Assembly: GCA_030829955.1 (NCBI GenBank)
Contig: JAURNY010000031.1
Location: 5,374-69,373, forward strand
Source of the DNA: Gammaproteobacteria bacterium
GTDB taxonomy: Bacteria > Pseudomonadota > Gammaproteobacteria > Eutrophobiales > Eutrophobiaceae
Direction: 5' to 3'
DNA: 64,000 bases
The translations under genes and the position numbers were made by a program. Every line of letters starts with the position of its first letter. Positions within the stretch are counted from its first letter, which is position 1. This document shows positions 62,455-64,000 of the stretch, one piece after another. The notes below the pieces were generated by a model. The model did no database searches, had not been told where the DNA came from, and saw nothing but the letters and a program-made list of their open reading frames with translations.

Positions 62455-64000
62455 ATGGCTCAGGCAAAAATAAAACAAAAACAATCTGCACCTCTGACTG
62501 ATCACGTAGTAAAAAATATTGGCGAAGTAATTATTTTTGCTTTGCTTACATTAGCGACTTATTTGTTTATCGCCTTATATACCTATAATCAAAATGATCC
62601 AGGTTGGTCGCATTCCGTTAACGTAGACACCATTCATAATAAAGGTGGATCAATTGGCGCCTATATTGCTGATATATTGCTGTATATCTTTGGTTATTTT
62701 GGCTACTTGGTTCCAATTTTATTATTATTTAGTGGTTGGCGTCTTTTTAGATCGCGTCGGACGCAAGAAGCATTTAATCATTTGCTTTTTTCTCTTCGTA
62801 GTATTGGCATAATCCTGATTCATATTGGTGGCTGTGCCATTGCGCGAATTCACTTTATTGCAGGACATGCTATTCCGGATAAATTAAATAGTGCTGGTGG
62901 TATTCTCGGTGAAGTCATTGGAGATATAGCGATAGAAGTAACAGGCAATACTGGTAGTACGTTATTATTGCTAGCTGTTTTTTTGATTGGATTGACCCTG
63001 TATACAGGACTATCTTGGTTAAATGTGTTCGAAAAAACAGGGCATTTTACATTGAGTGCAATGGCTTATTTTCGGGGACTAATAAACTTGTTTCAGGAAA
63101 AATCACAAGGTCGACGTGCCAGACGTGATAGAGAGGTGATGCTTAAGAAAGAACAGGAAATTGAAGAGTTTAGAATGCCACCTCTTATCAAACCCAAGCC
63201 TCCTGAAAATAAACCAAGTATACGTGCTGTTAAAGAAAAGCAGGAATCCTTATTTGAAACGCCTGGCGATAGTGTATTGCCACCATTGAATCTATTGGAT
63301 GAACCACCTCCGGCAAAAGGGCAATATTCAAAAGAAGCTCTAGAGGCCATCTCTCGTCAGGTGGAACTCAAATTAAAGGATTTTGGTGTCACGGTCGAAG
63401 TGGTTTCAGTAAATCCTGGCCCAGTTATTACTCGCTTTGAATTGGATCCTGCACCAGGTGTTAAAGGGAGTCAGATTTCTAATCTTTCAAAAGATTTGGC
63501 GCGTTCGCTGGCTGTTATCAGTGTGCGTGTCGTGGATGTAATTCCCGGCAAACCCTATATAGGACTTGAAATACCAAACGAAAATCGAGAATTAGTTACG
63601 TTGGGTGAAATATTAAACACTCAGGAATACGATGGGATAAAGTCGCCACTAGTATTGGCATTAGGCAAGGATATAAGTGGTCATGCTATTGTGACTGATC
63701 TTGGCAAGATGCCTCACTTATTGGTAGCAGGCACAACCGGTTCAGGTAAATCAGTTGCATTGAATGCCATGATTCTGAGCTTATTATACAAGGCAACGGC
63801 ATCCGATGTGCGTCTGATTATGATTGATCCCAAAATGCTCGAATTATCGGTTTATGAAGGTATTCCAAACCTGCTTGCGCCCGTTGTTACAGACATGAAA
63901 GAAGCAGCTAACGCCTTGCGCTGGTGCGTTGCGGAGATGGAGCGTCGTTATAAATTAATGGCGCAGTTAGGTGTGCGTAACATTAGTGGTTATAACAAAA
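62455..64000 (+). CDS. ftsK: DNA translocase FtsK (5' part; runs off the window edge)
   Basis: Hand translation from ATG 62455: MAQAK... N-terminal TM domain with DPGWS, then [24 protein letters not shown] and [10 protein letters not shown]; divergent from trxB. Confidence 0.96.
   Translation, partial: MAQAKIKQKQSAPLTDHVVKNIGEVIIFALLTLATYLFIALYTYNQNDPGWSHSVNVDTIHNKGGSIGAYIADILLYIFGYFGYLVPILLLFSGWRLFRSRRTQEAFNHLLFSLRSIGIILIHIGGCAIARIHFIAGHAIPDKLNSAGGILGEVIGDIAIEVTGNTGSTLLLLAVFLIGLTLYTGLSWLNVFEKTGHFTLSAMAYFRGLINLFQEKSQGRRARRDREVMLKKEQEIEEFRMPPLIKPKPPENKPSIRAVKEKQESLFETPGDSVLPPLNLLDEPPPAKGQYSKEALEAISRQVELKLKDFGVTVEVVSVNPGPVITRFELDPAPGVKGSQISNLSKDLARSLAVISVRVVDVIPGKPYIGLEIPNENRELVTLGEILNTQEYDGIKSPLVLALGKDISGHAIVTDLGKMPHLLVAGTTGSGKSVALNAMILSLLYKATASDVRLIMIDPKMLELSVYEGIPNLLAPVVTDMKEAANALRWCVAEMERRYKLMAQLGVRNISGYNK

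Overview
AT-rich chromosomal segment from a Gammaproteobacterium, inferred from gene content and order (lolD-DUF2062-exbBD-lpxK-kdsB, epmB-efp-epmA, parE-parC, trxB-ftsK). It is mostly housekeeping: molybdenum-cofactor genes (mobB, mobA, fdhD, moaA, moaB), ampG, hrpA, a MoxR-DUF58-transglutaminase triad, an RND pump, an L,D-transpeptidase with an OprI/Lpp-type lipoprotein, folE2-ispA-xseB, a rubrerythrin/Fe-S oxidoreductase/DUF3501 operon, topoisomerase IV, EF-P modification genes, Lol and LPS genes, N-degron transferases, trxB and a partial ftsK. I saw no intact tRNA, rRNA, CRISPR array or transposase. The most interesting signal is intergenic. It includes (1) a probable fossil integron at ~45.05-45.80 kb (intI N-terminal relic, mutated SOS box, attI-like site, one intact GFA cassette, degenerate attC), (2) a collapsed comEC relic at its canonical locus, (3) a degenerate tRNA-fMet 3' fragment resembling an att scar, (4) a GH13 C-terminal relic and other decayed genes, and (5) a near-consensus OxyR box upstream of the rubrerythrin operon. 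Unusual proteins include a CMD-Rieske fusion and a Tat-signal-bearing HDAC-family enzyme. All family calls come from reading motifs by eye; no searches were run.
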